From Chthoniobacterales bacterium (GTDB lineage: Bacteria > Verrucomicrobiota > Verrucomicrobiia > Chthoniobacterales > UBA10450): a DNA stretch of 52,328 nucleotides. Positions 15,684 through 24,378 of this stretch are shown in pieces; position 1 is the stretch's first letter; each line of letters begins with the position of its first letter. The translations under genes and the position numbers were made by a program. Under the pieces are notes generated by a model, which was not told the DNA's origin, did no database searches, and saw only the letters and a program-made list of their open reading frames with translations. The stretch covers positions 1-52,328 of the forward strand of contig JBHENE010000091.1 in NCBI GenBank assembly GCA_046262215.1, in the 5' to 3' direction.

Positions 15684-16373
15684 CTACTCGGGCGTCGGAT
15701 CACGCCGCGTCAGCACCTGCACGCTTTGGCGGACCTTCACGATGCTCGAAGCTGCGAGGACGCCGCGGAAGTTTGTCCCCGGATAAACAATGCAATCGCG
15801 CCCGAGCACTGATCCTGGATTGATGACGGCGTTGCACCCGACTTCCGTGCGGTCGCCGATAACGGCGCCAAATTTCGTTAGGCCGGTCGCGATGTTTCCA
15901 TCATTGGCGGTGACGTGAATCTCGCGATGATCGAGCTTCACGTTCGATAGAATAACCCCCGCGCCGAGGTGCGCTTTGTAGCCGAGGATTGAGTCGCCAA
16001 CGTAGTTGAAATGCGGCACCTGTGCCTCGTCGAAGAGGATGCAGTTCTTGAACTCGCACGAGTTACCCAGCACCGCGCCGTCGCCGACGATGACGTTCTC
16101 GCGCACGTAGCAGCCACTCCGAACGTGACAGTTGCTGCCGATCCACGCGGGGCCTTTTAAAAACGCGCCCTGTTCGATAATCGTTCCTTCGCCAACGAAG
16201 ACGGCATCGCTGATGAACGGTTTACCGACGAGCTGGCCGAGCACCGCCGGCTTGAGGCGGAACTGCAGGTAGCTGGAGATCTGCTTCAGCGCGTCCCAGA
16301 CAAACTTCTGGCTCTCGAATAACTTCGCGTGCGCGGTGTGCTCGAGCGTCAGGAATTCATCGGGCGCGAACAT
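15684..16373 (-). CDS. left-handed beta-helix hexapeptide-repeat transferase (GlmU C-terminal-like)
   Basis: Repeated [LIV]-G-x-x-x-x hexapeptides (VGDGAVLGNSCEF, LGAGVILSNV, IGDRTEVGCNAVINPGSVLG). Confidence 0.8.
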   Translation of the reverse strand: MFAPDEFLTLEHTAHAKLFESQKFVWDALKQISSYLQFRLKPAVLGQLVGKPFISDAVFVGEGTIIEQGAFLKGPAWIGSNCHVRSGCYVRENVIVGDGAVLGNSCEFKNCILFDEAQVPHFNYVGDSILGYKAHLGAGVILSNVKLDHREIHVTANDGNIATGLTKFGAVIGDRTEVGCNAVINPGSVLGRDCIVYPGTNFRGVLAASSIVKVRQSVQVLTRRDPTPE

Positions 16374-16384
16374 CGGTAGTCAGA

Positions 16385-17788
16385 TCAAGCTCCTGCGCGT
16401 CGGGTGATTTTCTGGCCCTCTTTGCTGTCCCGCACATCCCAGCCCAGCGCCGCGAGGTGATCGCGCAATTCATCACTTTTCCGCCACTCCTTGGCAAGCC
16501 TCGCCTGCGCGCGTGCGTCCGCGAGAGCAGTCACGTCCCCGGGGAGCGCCGAATCACCGCCGCTCACCGACAGCACGCTATCGATCCGCTGCCACTCGCG
16601 CAGCCATTTGGCCCCATCGGTTTTCGTGGCACTGCCTTGATCGAGCGCGCGATTGCTTTCGCGAATCGTCTCAAAGAGATAGCCAAGCGCGGCCGAAATA
16701 TTCAGATCATCATCAAGTGCCGTCGCGAAAGCGTCGCTTCCTTCAAAGGCGCTAGCCTCTTCTTCTACGCCCGCGATCTCGCGCAAACGGCGCACCCAGT
16801 CATCGATCCGCGCGAGTGATTGCCGCGCCTCCTGCATCCCGTCGAACGTAAAATTCAGCGGCGCCCGGTAATGCACACGCATCAACGCGTAGCGGATTTC
16901 ACGGCCGCTGTAGCCCTTCGCAAGCAGATCGCGCAGTGTGTAAAAATTACCGAGCGACTTAGACATCTTCTGCCCATCGACCATCAGATGCGCGCAATGC
17001 AGCCAGTAGCGCACGAACTGCTTCCCGGTGCAGCCTTCCGTCTGCGCGATCTCCGCTTCGTGATGCGGGAAGATGTTGTCGACTCCGCCGCAGTGAATAT
17101 CGAGCTGATCGCCGAGGAGTTGCGTTGCCATCGCGCTGCATTCGATATGCCAGCCGGGCCGGCCAGCGCCCCACGGACTGTCCCAGCGCACCGCGCCGTC
17201 CGCTTCGTCCCAAGCTTTCCACAAGGCGAAGTCGCCGACGCTTTCCTTCTCGTATTCGTCGTTCTTGACGCGGCCGGTTGATTGCAGCTCGTCGAGGTTG
17301 AAATGCGCGAGCTTGCCGTATTCGGCGAAGTTCTTGATGCGAAAATACACCGACTTGTCGTCTGCCTGATAAGCGAGTCCACGCGACATCAGCATCCCGA
17401 TCATCTCGATCATCGCCGCGATCTGCCGCTCGTCGGTTGCCTGCGGGAACGAGTCCGCGCGCTTGATCCGCAACGTGTCGAGATCCTCGAAGAACGCTTC
17501 TTTAAACGGCTGTGTGAATGCCGCGAGCGGAACGCCGGCTGTCTGACAACCGCGGATCGTTTTATCATCCACGTCGGTCAGGTTCATCACCCGATCGACT
17601 GCAAAGCCGCGCGCCTCGAGATGGCGCTGGAGCAAGTCTTCGAACAGATACGCGCGGAAATTCCCGATGTGCGCGTAGCTGTAGACAGTTGGGCCGCAGG
17701 TGTACATCTTCACCGCGCGACCAGCCGGATCGAGCGGTCGGAACTCCTCGAGCTCGCGCGAGTAAGTGTTGAAAAACCGCAGCGCCAT
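16385..17788 (-). CDS. cysS: cysteine--tRNA ligase
   Basis: HIGN motif (YSYAHIGNFRAY), KMSKS motif (QKMSKSLGN), and the zinc-site residues CGGVDNIFPHHE. Confidence 0.95.
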   Translation of the reverse strand: MALRFFNTYSRELEEFRPLDPAGRAVKMYTCGPTVYSYAHIGNFRAYLFEDLLQRHLEARGFAVDRVMNLTDVDDKTIRGCQTAGVPLAAFTQPFKEAFFEDLDTLRIKRADSFPQATDERQIAAMIEMIGMLMSRGLAYQADDKSVYFRIKNFAEYGKLAHFNLDELQSTGRVKNDEYEKESVGDFALWKAWDEADGAVRWDSPWGAGRPGWHIECSAMATQLLGDQLDIHCGGVDNIFPHHEAEIAQTEGCTGKQFVRYWLHCAHLMVDGQKMSKSLGNFYTLRDLLAKGYSGREIRYALMRVHYRAPLNFTFDGMQEARQSLARIDDWVRRLREIAGVEEEASAFEGSDAFATALDDDLNISAALGYLFETIRESNRALDQGSATKTDGAKWLREWQRIDSVLSVSGGDSALPGDVTALADARAQARLAKEWRKSDELRDHLAALGWDVRDSKEGQKITRRAGA

Positions 17789-18267
17789 TACGCCAGTTCA
17801 ACCGACGCAACCGCCATTGCGGCCATGCCTTCGCCGCGTCCGATCGTGCCGAGACCTTCGTTCGTCGTCGCCTTGATGCTGATCCGCGACGGCTCCAATC
17901 CGAGTGCGCGCCCGATGTTCTCGCGCATGGCCGCAATGTGCGGCGCGATCTTCGGTGCCTCCGCGATCAGCGTCCCGTCCACGTTCACGATCTTCGCTCC
18001 ACGTTTCCGCAGCACATCAACGACGCGTTCCAAGATGGCGATGCTGCTGATCCCGCGGATGCTTTCATCGGTGTTCGGAAAATGATGACCGATATCGCTT
18101 TCGCCGATCGCGCCGAGCAGCGCATCAGCGATCGCATGGGAGAGAACATCCGCGTCCGAATGTCCTTCAAGGCCTAACGAATGCGGAATCTCGACACCGC
18201 CGAGGATCAATTTGCGACCGGCGGTTAACCGATGCGCGTCGTAACCAATGCCGCACCTTGTCGTCAT
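17788..18267 (-). CDS. ispF: 2-C-methyl-D-erythritol 2,4-cyclodiphosphate synthase
   Basis: 159 aa with IGYDAHRL and [11 protein letters not shown]. Its ATG overlaps the upstream stop (ATGA) and its TAA overlaps the cysS ATG (TAATG). The 287-aa track ORF is an out-of-frame extension. Confidence 0.93.
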   Translation of the reverse strand: MTTRCGIGYDAHRLTAGRKLILGGVEIPHSLGLEGHSDADVLSHAIADALLGAIGESDIGHHFPNTDESIRGISSIAILERVVDVLRKRGAKIVNVDGTLIAEAPKIAPHIAAMRENIGRALGLEPSRISIKATTNEGLGTIGRGEGMAAMAVASVELA

Positions 18268-19013
18268 CAGAGCCCGAGATCGACCACGCCGTTCGAGGCA
18301 ATGATGCTGTATTTGTCTTTCATGTCCTCGCGTGGGCGCATGTCGATCTTTCCCCCGGCGGTCTCGACGAGGAGATGACCCGCCGCGATGTCCCACAAAC
18401 TGATGCCTTGTTCGACGTAAGCATCGAACCGTCCGCATGCCACGTACGCCATGTCGAGCGCGGCGCTTCCCATCAGCCGGCATTTCCGAGCGCGATGGAC
18501 CATGTCCTGCAAAAGCGGCATGCCGGCTGAAATGGTGGCGCCGGTTTTCGAAAGCCCGATGGACAGAATAGCCTCCGAAAGTTCCGCGCGTTTGCTCACC
18601 GTAAACTCGCGACCATTCAGTGTCGGCTTCGCACCTTTCTGCCCGATCCACATTTCAGCGCGGATCGGATCGTAAATCACGCCGACAATAATTTCACCGC
18701 GATGCCGCAGCGCGATCGAAGTGCAGAAATGGGGAATGCTGTAGAAATAATTTACGGTCCCGTCGAGTGGATCGACGACCCATTGGTGTTCCGCAGTTTG
18801 ATCGCCCACAATCCCTTCTTCACCGTAGAGAGCGTGCTGCGGAAATTTTGCCAGCAGGAGATTGGTAATCAGCTCCTGCGTGCGCACATCGATCTCGAGT
18901 TTGATGTCGTGCTTCTCCGCGGAGTTAACGACTAACGCCTGACCGAAGTTTTCCCGAAGCAGCGCGCCTGCAGCCTCTGCTGCCTCGACGGCGACGTTTA
19001 CGAATTCGGTCAT
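18267..19013 (-). CDS. suhB: inositol monophosphatase family protein (SuhB-like)
   Basis: [12 protein letters not shown] and the YGEE metal-binding motifs are present. ATG 19013 gives the typical length of about 248 aa. Confidence 0.85.
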   Translation of the reverse strand: MTEFVNVAVEAAEAAGALLRENFGQALVVNSAEKHDIKLEIDVRTQELITNLLLAKFPQHALYGEEGIVGDQTAEHQWVVDPLDGTVNYFYSIPHFCTSIALRHRGEIIVGVIYDPIRAEMWIGQKGAKPTLNGREFTVSKRAELSEAILSIGLSKTGATISAGMPLLQDMVHRARKCRLMGSAALDMAYVACGRFDAYVEQGISLWDIAAGHLLVETAGGKIDMRPREDMKDKYSIIASNGVVDLGL

Positions 19014-19082
19014 GCGCGGAGAACTAACAGCGCTCGCGCGCAGTCGCGAAGTGTTTTTAAGCGCAGGCGTGCGGGGAGTACG

Positions 19083-19116
19083 CAAAACCGGGAGAAGAAA
19101 TGAATCTTCCCCCGGG
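19083..19116 (-). terminator. rho-independent terminator of the small Lys-rich ORF
   Basis: Minus strand: CCGGGGGAAG-ATTCATTT-CTTCTCCCGG (10-bp stem, 1 mismatch) followed by TTTTG. Located 57 nt after the TAG. Confidence 0.55.
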
Positions 19117-19172
19117 TTGAATTGCGTTAAGAACGGGATGAAGTCCGCGTTCTGATTAGGACGAGAAACTAA

Positions 19173-19274
19173 CTATTTCTTTCCGCCCTTTTTCGCGCTG
19201 CTCTTTTTGCTTGCTGCTTTTTTCTTCGCAGGAGCTTTGGCGCTCGACTTCTTTGACGATTTCTTTGCTGGCAT
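19173..19274 (-). CDS. 33-aa lysine-rich peptide (histone-H1-tail-like), absent from the ORF track
   Basis: Hand translation gives MPAKKSSKKSSAKAPAKKKAASKKSSAKKGGKK. A strong SD (AAAGGGGGGA) lies 7 nt before the ATG, and the ORF has its own terminator downstream. Confidence 0.6.
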   Translation of the reverse strand: MPAKKSSKKSSAKAPAKKKAASKKSSAKKGGKK

Positions 19275-19310
19275 CGTGTATCCCCCCTTTCAATCCGCAG
19301 ATGCGGTGGG

Positions 19311-19353
19311 TGTGAACAACTTTGTGAATAAGTTCACAACAACATGTGAGTAA
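19311..19353. promoter_or_regulatory. cluster of TGTGA-type boxes upstream of the Lys-rich ORF (DnaA-box-like and/or CRP-type palindrome)
   Basis: TGTGAACAA (19311-19319), TGTGAATAA (19323-19331) and TGTGAGTAA (19345-19353). 19323-19338 is a perfect TGTGA-N6-TCACA dyad. The 11-mer TTGTGAATAAG recurs at 36143-36153. Confidence 0.45.
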
Positions 19354-19356
19354 TCA

Positions 19357-20010
19357 TCACGATTTTTTTGTCGAACTTTTTTGATGAAACTCGAAAACTA
19401 TTTTCAAAATTTCGCGCGCGATCGTCTTTTTCGGCGCATGCGAAATGAATTTCGGCTCGCCGCCTAACGAGTAAATCGTCACTTCGTTGTCGTCACTCTC
19501 CATTCCGGAATCGCTGCAACTCACATCATTCGCGACGATCATGTCACAATTCTTCGCGCGCAGTTTTCGTTGTGCACTTGCGGCGACGTCATGTGTTTCC
19601 GCTGCGAATCCGACAACGAGATACGAACGATTTCCGCTCGGCAGTGAGCGCAGGATGTCGCGCGTTGGCGTCAACTGCAGCGCGAACGTGCCAGTCTGTT
19701 TTGCCAACTTCGTCGCGGCCGCAGAAACGGGTTTGTAGTCGGAGACAGCCGCGCACATCACGAGCACATCGCAGTCCGCGAGCTGTGCGTGCACCGCATC
19801 GTGCAGTTCGTCGCTGGTTGTAACATTGATGACGCGCGCTCCGTCAGGTGCGGTGAGTGCGACTGGTCCCGAGATCAACGTCACGTCGTCACCGTGCTCC
19901 AGCGCTGCTTCCGCAATGGCATAGCCCATCTTCCCAGATGAGCGATTACTGATGAAGCGAACAGGATCGATCGGCTCGCGCGTTGGCCCAGCCGTGACGA
20001 CGATCCTCAC
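19357..20010 (-). CDS. coaB: phosphopantothenate--cysteine ligase (stand-alone CoaB)
   Basis: ITAGPTREPIDPVRFISNRSSGKMG motif. GTG start overlaps the coaC stop (GTGA). Confidence 0.88.
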   Translation of the reverse strand: MRIVVTAGPTREPIDPVRFISNRSSGKMGYAIAEAALEHGDDVTLISGPVALTAPDGARVINVTTSDELHDAVHAQLADCDVLVMCAAVSDYKPVSAAATKLAKQTGTFALQLTPTRDILRSLPSGNRSYLVVGFAAETHDVAASAQRKLRAKNCDMIVANDVSCSDSGMESDDNEVTIYSLGGEPKFISHAPKKTIAREILKIVFEFHQKSSTKKS

Positions 20011-20582
20011 GCGAGGAGATTGTCTTGCGACGCGAGCAGGAATTCAGCGCGAAACGCGATGTCGTCGACCTTCCACAAACGGCCGGCGCCTTCATAGCCA
20101 CACGCGAGCATCCCTTCTTCGGGCCCGATGAATTCGACGCCGCGGCTCTTCAAGGTCGCGACGTTTGCCTGGGTCGCGCGATGTTCCCACATCTTTCCGT
20201 TCATCGCCGGCGCGATGAGAATCGGGGCGCGCGTCGCGAGCGCGATCGCAGCGAGCGGATGACCTGCGAGACCGTGCGCGAGTTCGGCGATGATGTGCGC
20301 TGTTGCCGGCGCGATCACGAGCAACTTCGCGCGATCAGCCAGTTCGATATGTCCTGGCCGCCAGTTCTCCTTTTCGTCGTAGAAGCTGGTCGTGACCGGA
20401 TTCTTTGAAAGGGTTTGTAACGTCAACGGTGTGATGAACTCAGTCGCGTCTTTCGTCATGACGACGCAGACACTGTGGCCCTGCTTATACAGAAGACTTG
20501 CGAGCTCCGCTGACTTATAAGCCGCGATTGAGCCGGTTACCCCGAGCACGACCGTCTTCTGTTGTTTGCCGTTGTTGCTCAT
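20007..20582 (-). CDS. coaC: phosphopantothenoylcysteine decarboxylase (stand-alone CoaC flavoprotein)
   Basis: LGVTGSIAAYK and the PAMN motif (IAPAMNGKMWEH) are present. It ends exactly at the usual CoaC/CoaB domain boundary. Confidence 0.88.
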   Translation of the reverse strand: MSNNGKQQKTVVLGVTGSIAAYKSAELASLLYKQGHSVCVVMTKDATEFITPLTLQTLSKNPVTTSFYDEKENWRPGHIELADRAKLLVIAPATAHIIAELAHGLAGHPLAAIALATRAPILIAPAMNGKMWEHRATQANVATLKSRGVEFIGPEEGMLACGYEGAGRLWKVDDIAFRAEFLLASQDNLLA

Positions 20583-20586
20583 CGAC

Positions 20587-21198
20587 TTAGCTTAGAATTA
20601 AACGGCTGCTGAGGTAACGCTCCGCGCCCATGATGTGGCGGAACTTCAGGAGATCTTCCTCCATCGATTTGCTGATGATGGTGTAGCGATACTCCCGCCA
20701 AAGCTCCATCTCCCGCGCCGCATTCGTTAGGCGCAGCTCGATCTGGTCTTCGGTCTCGGTGCCGCGCTTCGTCAATCGGCGACGAAGCTCGTCGAGATCG
20801 GGCGGCATGATGAAAACGTCGCAGAGGGCCTGGCGAATGAACGGGTCATTGTACTCGCGGATCGAAGCCGCACCCTGCGTGTCAACATCGATCAAAACGT
20901 CGACGCCGTTCTCGAGGTGCGTGCGGATCGGATTGCGCAGCGTGCCGTAGTAGTGACCATGCACTTTCGCATGCTCGAGGAATTCACCTGCCGCGAGGCG
21001 CTGAAGAAAATCCGGTTCCGTCAGGAAGTGGTAATCTTCGCCTTCGATCTCGCCGGCGCGAGGAGCGCGCGTGGTTGAGGAGACCGAGTAGACGAAATCA
21101 GGCGTCTGCCGGAGTGCGTCGCAGAGCGTTGTCTTTCCCGCACCCGACGGCGCGGAGAGCACAAACAGAATTCCGCTGCGTGTGAATTGCTTACTCAA
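20587..21198 (-). CDS. gmk: guanylate kinase
   Basis: P-loop SAPSGAGKTT. TTG 21198 gives a canonical 203-aa protein and overlaps the yicC stop (GTTGAGTAA). ATG 21252 is the alternative and adds an S/K-rich extension with a 62-nt overlap. Confidence 0.9.
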   Translation of the reverse strand: MSKQFTRSGILFVLSAPSGAGKTTLCDALRQTPDFVYSVSSTTRAPRAGEIEGEDYHFLTEPDFLQRLAAGEFLEHAKVHGHYYGTLRNPIRTHLENGVDVLIDVDTQGAASIREYNDPFIRQALCDVFIMPPDLDELRRRLTKRGTETEDQIELRLTNAAREMELWREYRYTIISKSMEEDLLKFRHIMGAERYLSSRLILS

Positions 21199-22057
21199 CG
21201 TTTTGGATTTGCTCGCGGATCTTCTCGAGCTCGGCTTTGCAGATAACGACATTTTGCGAGATCGCAGCGTCGTTCCCTTTCGCGCCGAGCGTGTTTAGTT
21301 CGCGAAAAATCTCCTGCGTAATGAACTCAAGCGTGCGCCCGACGGGCTCTTCCTTGCGCAGCTGATCCGCGAACTGCGCGAAGTGACTGTCGAGACGCGT
21401 GAGCTCTTCCGAGACGTCCGATCGATCGGCAAAGATCGCGATCTCTTTGAGCAACCGCTCGTCGTTCGTCGCAAGATCGAGCCCGGCTTGGTTGATCCGC
21501 TCGCGGAGTGATTCGCGGTATCGCTTCGTCACCGCGGGGAAACGGGTGCGGATCTCTTTCACGCGATCGCGCAGGACCTTAAGACGCTGACGCAAATCCT
21601 TCACGAGATGCTTACCTTCGCGCTCGCGCATCTTGACCAAATCCGAAAGTGCGTTGGTAAGCGCCTTGTCGACCGCGGGCCAGGCGACCTCCGCGTCAAC
21701 GCGCGCTTCTGCCATCCGCAGAACACCGGGCGCCTGCAGGATCGCGCTGATCGTGATCTCGCCGGGCGCTCCGAGTTCTTTCTGCAGCGCACGCATCGCA
21801 TCGTGGTAAGAGCGCGCCAGAGAAGTGTCGAGCGCAAGATCACGATGGCCGTTCGAGCCTTGCTCGATCGCGACTGAGACCGTCGTGCGACCGCGCGAAA
21901 GCTGCTCGTTCAGTGCCTAGCGGATGCGCGGCTCGAGCGCTGAGAAGTCACGCGGAAGGTTGATCACAACGTCGCTCTGCTTCCGGTTCACGGAGTTCAG
22001 TTCCACGGTAAACTTCGCGCCGCCGTGGTCTGTTTCGCCACGGCCGTAACCGGTCAT
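21191..22057 (-). pseudogene. yicC: yicC-family (YicC/YloC) gene interrupted by an in-frame TAG at codon 47
   Basis: Hand translation from ATG 22057 gives MTGYGRGETDHGGAKFTVELNSVNRKQSDVVINLPRDFSALEPRIR*ALNEQLSRGR... in a single frame over 288 codons. TAG is at 21917-21919. The track only reports the 201-aa C-terminal part. Confidence 0.8.
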
Positions 22058-22066
22058 GCTTCTCAT

Positions 22067-23263
22067 CTATAGACCGAAATGCGCGGCAGCTTGTGAGACG
22101 TCCTTGTCACCGCGTCCTGAACAACTCGCGATGATGATTTTATCTCGTCCTAACGCCGGAGCCGTTTTGACGACGTGCGCAATCGCGTGCGCGGTTTCAA
22201 GCGCCGGGATAATACCTTCGATTTCCGCGAGAGTGCGGAATGCGGCGAGCGCTTCGTCGTCGCTCGCGTAATCATATTCGATCCGGCCTGAATCCCGCAG
22301 GTAACTGTGCTCCGGCCCGATGGCCGCGTAATCAAGACCGGCTGACACGGAGTGCGTGAGCTCGATCTGGCCATCGTCATTCGTGAGCACGAAGGTCTTT
22401 GTCCCTTGCAGCACACCGAGCTTCCCGCCTTGGAAGCGGGCTGCGTGTTTGCCGGTGCGAATGCCTTCACCGCCAGCTTCGACGCCGATCATGCGAACGC
22501 CTTCGTCTTCGAGAAACGGATGAAACAATCCGATCGCGTTACTACCGCCGCCGACACATGCGATGAGCACGTCCGGCAGGCGTTCTTCGCGTTCGAGGAT
22601 TTGCCGCCGCGCTTCCACTCCGATGACGCGGTGGAAATCGCGCACCATCATCGGATAAGGATGCGAGCCAAGGGCCGAGCCGAGGATGTAATGGGTCGTG
22701 CGGACGTTCGTGACCCAGTCGCGCATCGCTTCATTGATCGCTTCTTTCAGCGTGGCCTGACCAGCGGTGACAGCGACGACTTTCGCGCCCAGAAAGCGCA
22801 TCCGCGCGACATTCAAAGCCTGCCGCTCCATATCCACAGCGCCCATGTAAATGATGCATTCGCAACCGAAACGCGCGGCGACAGTGGCGGTGGCGACACC
22901 GTGTTGCCCGGCGCCTGTCTCCGCGATGATGCGGCGCTTGCCCATCCGACGCGCGAGGAGAATCTGGCCGAGCGCGTTGTTGATCTTATGCGCACCGGTG
23001 TGCAGCAGATCTTCGCGCTTCAGATAAACTTTTGCGCCGCCGAGTTCATTCGTTAGGCGTTCGGCGAAGTAGAGCGGTGTCGGGCGACCGGCGAAATCGT
23101 GCAGTAATCCAGCGAGCTCGTTTTGGAAAAGAGGATCAGCTTTGGCGCGCTCGTATTCCGCCGTGAGATCCTCGAGCGCGGACATCAACGTCTCGGGCAC
23201 GAACATCCCGCCGTAGGGGCCGAAGTGGCCGCGGGCGTCCGGAAGTGTGGCGGCGTCGTTCAT
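22067..23263 (-). CDS. trpB: tryptophan synthase beta chain
   Basis: [15 protein letters not shown] and the PLP-lysine motif HTGAHKINN are present, 398 aa. No trpA is adjacent. Confidence 0.95.
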   Translation of the reverse strand: MNDAATLPDARGHFGPYGGMFVPETLMSALEDLTAEYERAKADPLFQNELAGLLHDFAGRPTPLYFAERLTNELGGAKVYLKREDLLHTGAHKINNALGQILLARRMGKRRIIAETGAGQHGVATATVAARFGCECIIYMGAVDMERQALNVARMRFLGAKVVAVTAGQATLKEAINEAMRDWVTNVRTTHYILGSALGSHPYPMMVRDFHRVIGVEARRQILEREERLPDVLIACVGGGSNAIGLFHPFLEDEGVRMIGVEAGGEGIRTGKHAARFQGGKLGVLQGTKTFVLTNDDGQIELTHSVSAGLDYAAIGPEHSYLRDSGRIEYDYASDDEALAAFRTLAEIEGIIPALETAHAIAHVVKTAPALGRDKIIIASCSGRGDKDVSQAAAHFGL

Positions 23264-23306
23264 CGGGAGCGGAAACGTCCATCGGCCCCGCTGGAACGTC
23301 CAACGC

Positions 23307-24344
23307 TCAATTCGCTTGCTGCAGCAGCGCGTCCAAGGCTCGACGATGCGGCGATGGCATCGGAATTTCGGCTAGCTCTTCGTGCGAGAAGGCGCGCCGC
23401 TCGTCTGTCGGTCTGGTCTGATCCGCAGATGCTTCGGAGACGCGCAGTGTGATGCGGTGATGCGTGAATGGGAATTCGGCGGAGTAGAGAACGCGCTGCT
23501 CTGCACGTGCCTTACCGGCGCGGCGCGGCAGAATCCACATTCCTCGCCAGCGATCGTGTGATTGCTCGAGGACGACATGCCCACCGGCACGTGAGAAGAC
23601 GTGATCTTCGACAAGCAACTTCAGCTTCGCACGCGGCGCTTTGATAGGCAGAGCCGCAGGATTTTCGGCGCGGCAGAAGTCGCGTACCGGGCAGATAGGA
23701 CACTTAGGCGGTCCGCTGACACAAACCTGCGCGCCAAGGTCCATCAAAGCGGAGTTGTGAAGTGAGCCATTTGTTTCCGGCAGCAGCGCGGTGGCGAAAC
23801 CCCAGAGCTGCGCACGGCCAAAGCCGGTATCGATGCGGGTGTGAAGATTTAGCAGCCGCGCGAAAAGCCGCGCGGTGTTCGCCTCCACGATCGGCACCGG
23901 CAGATCGAACGCGAAGCTGGCGACAGCATTCGCAGTGTAGCGGCCGAGGCCGGGGAGCTTTTGCAGCTCAGCAGGCGAACGCGGGAAAGTGCCGCCGTGT
24001 CTCTCGACAATCGTCTTGGCTGCGGCGTGGAGATTTCGCGCGCGCGAGTAGTAGCCGAGGCCTTGCCAGGCGTGCAGTACGTCTGATTCCGACGCTGCGG
24101 CGAGCGCGCGCACTTCCGTAAAACGACGCAGCCATTCTATATAGTAGGGGATCACCGTCGCGACTTGCGTCTGCTGGAGCATCAGCTCCGAAACCATGAT
24201 TGCGTATGGATCGCGCGTGTGACGCCACGGCAGATCGCGCCCGTTTCCGCGAAACCAGGCGCTCAGCTGTTGACGGAAGGATGCGGCGTCGAGTTCCTGT
24301 GCCGGATCAGATGAAGCGGAAAGACTCAACTTGTCTCGATTCAA
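23307..24344 (-). CDS. mutY: A/G-specific adenine DNA glycosylase
   Basis: HhH-GPD region ([12 protein letters not shown]), 4Fe-4S cluster loop [17 protein letters not shown], and a C-terminal NUDIX-like domain. Confidence 0.92.
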   Translation of the reverse strand: MNRDKLSLSASSDPAQELDAASFRQQLSAWFRGNGRDLPWRHTRDPYAIMVSELMLQQTQVATVIPYYIEWLRRFTEVRALAAASESDVLHAWQGLGYYSRARNLHAAAKTIVERHGGTFPRSPAELQKLPGLGRYTANAVASFAFDLPVPIVEANTARLFARLLNLHTRIDTGFGRAQLWGFATALLPETNGSLHNSALMDLGAQVCVSGPPKCPICPVRDFCRAENPAALPIKAPRAKLKLLVEDHVFSRAGGHVVLEQSHDRWRGMWILPRRAGKARAEQRVLYSAEFPFTHHRITLRVSEASADQTRPTDERRAFSHEELAEIPMPSPHRRALDALLQQAN

Positions 24345-24378
24345 ACTTCCACGTTGGATGGTCGTAGTCGACGATTCA

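Noticed and set aside
17788-18651. 287-aa ORF suggesting an N-terminally extended or fused IspF
   Set aside because: Only the last 159 codons (from ATG 18267) look like IspF. The upstream 128 codons are Arg-rich nonsense lying out of frame over the well-supported suhB-like gene. It is a typical high-GC overlap artefact.
21917-21919. TAG in yicC as programmed recoding (pyrrolysine or an alternative genetic code)
   Set aside because: TAG serves as an ordinary stop for several well-supported genes here (e.g. 11994-11996 and trpB at 22067-22069). No pyl genes or PYLIS-like context are visible. A nonsense mutation or sequencing error is more parsimonious.
22067-23263. Solitary trpB without trpA as a possible TrpB2-type or novel function
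   Set aside because: The sequence has the canonical TrpB1 N-terminus and PLP motif. Dispersed trp genes are common, so this is nothing unusual beyond the gene order.
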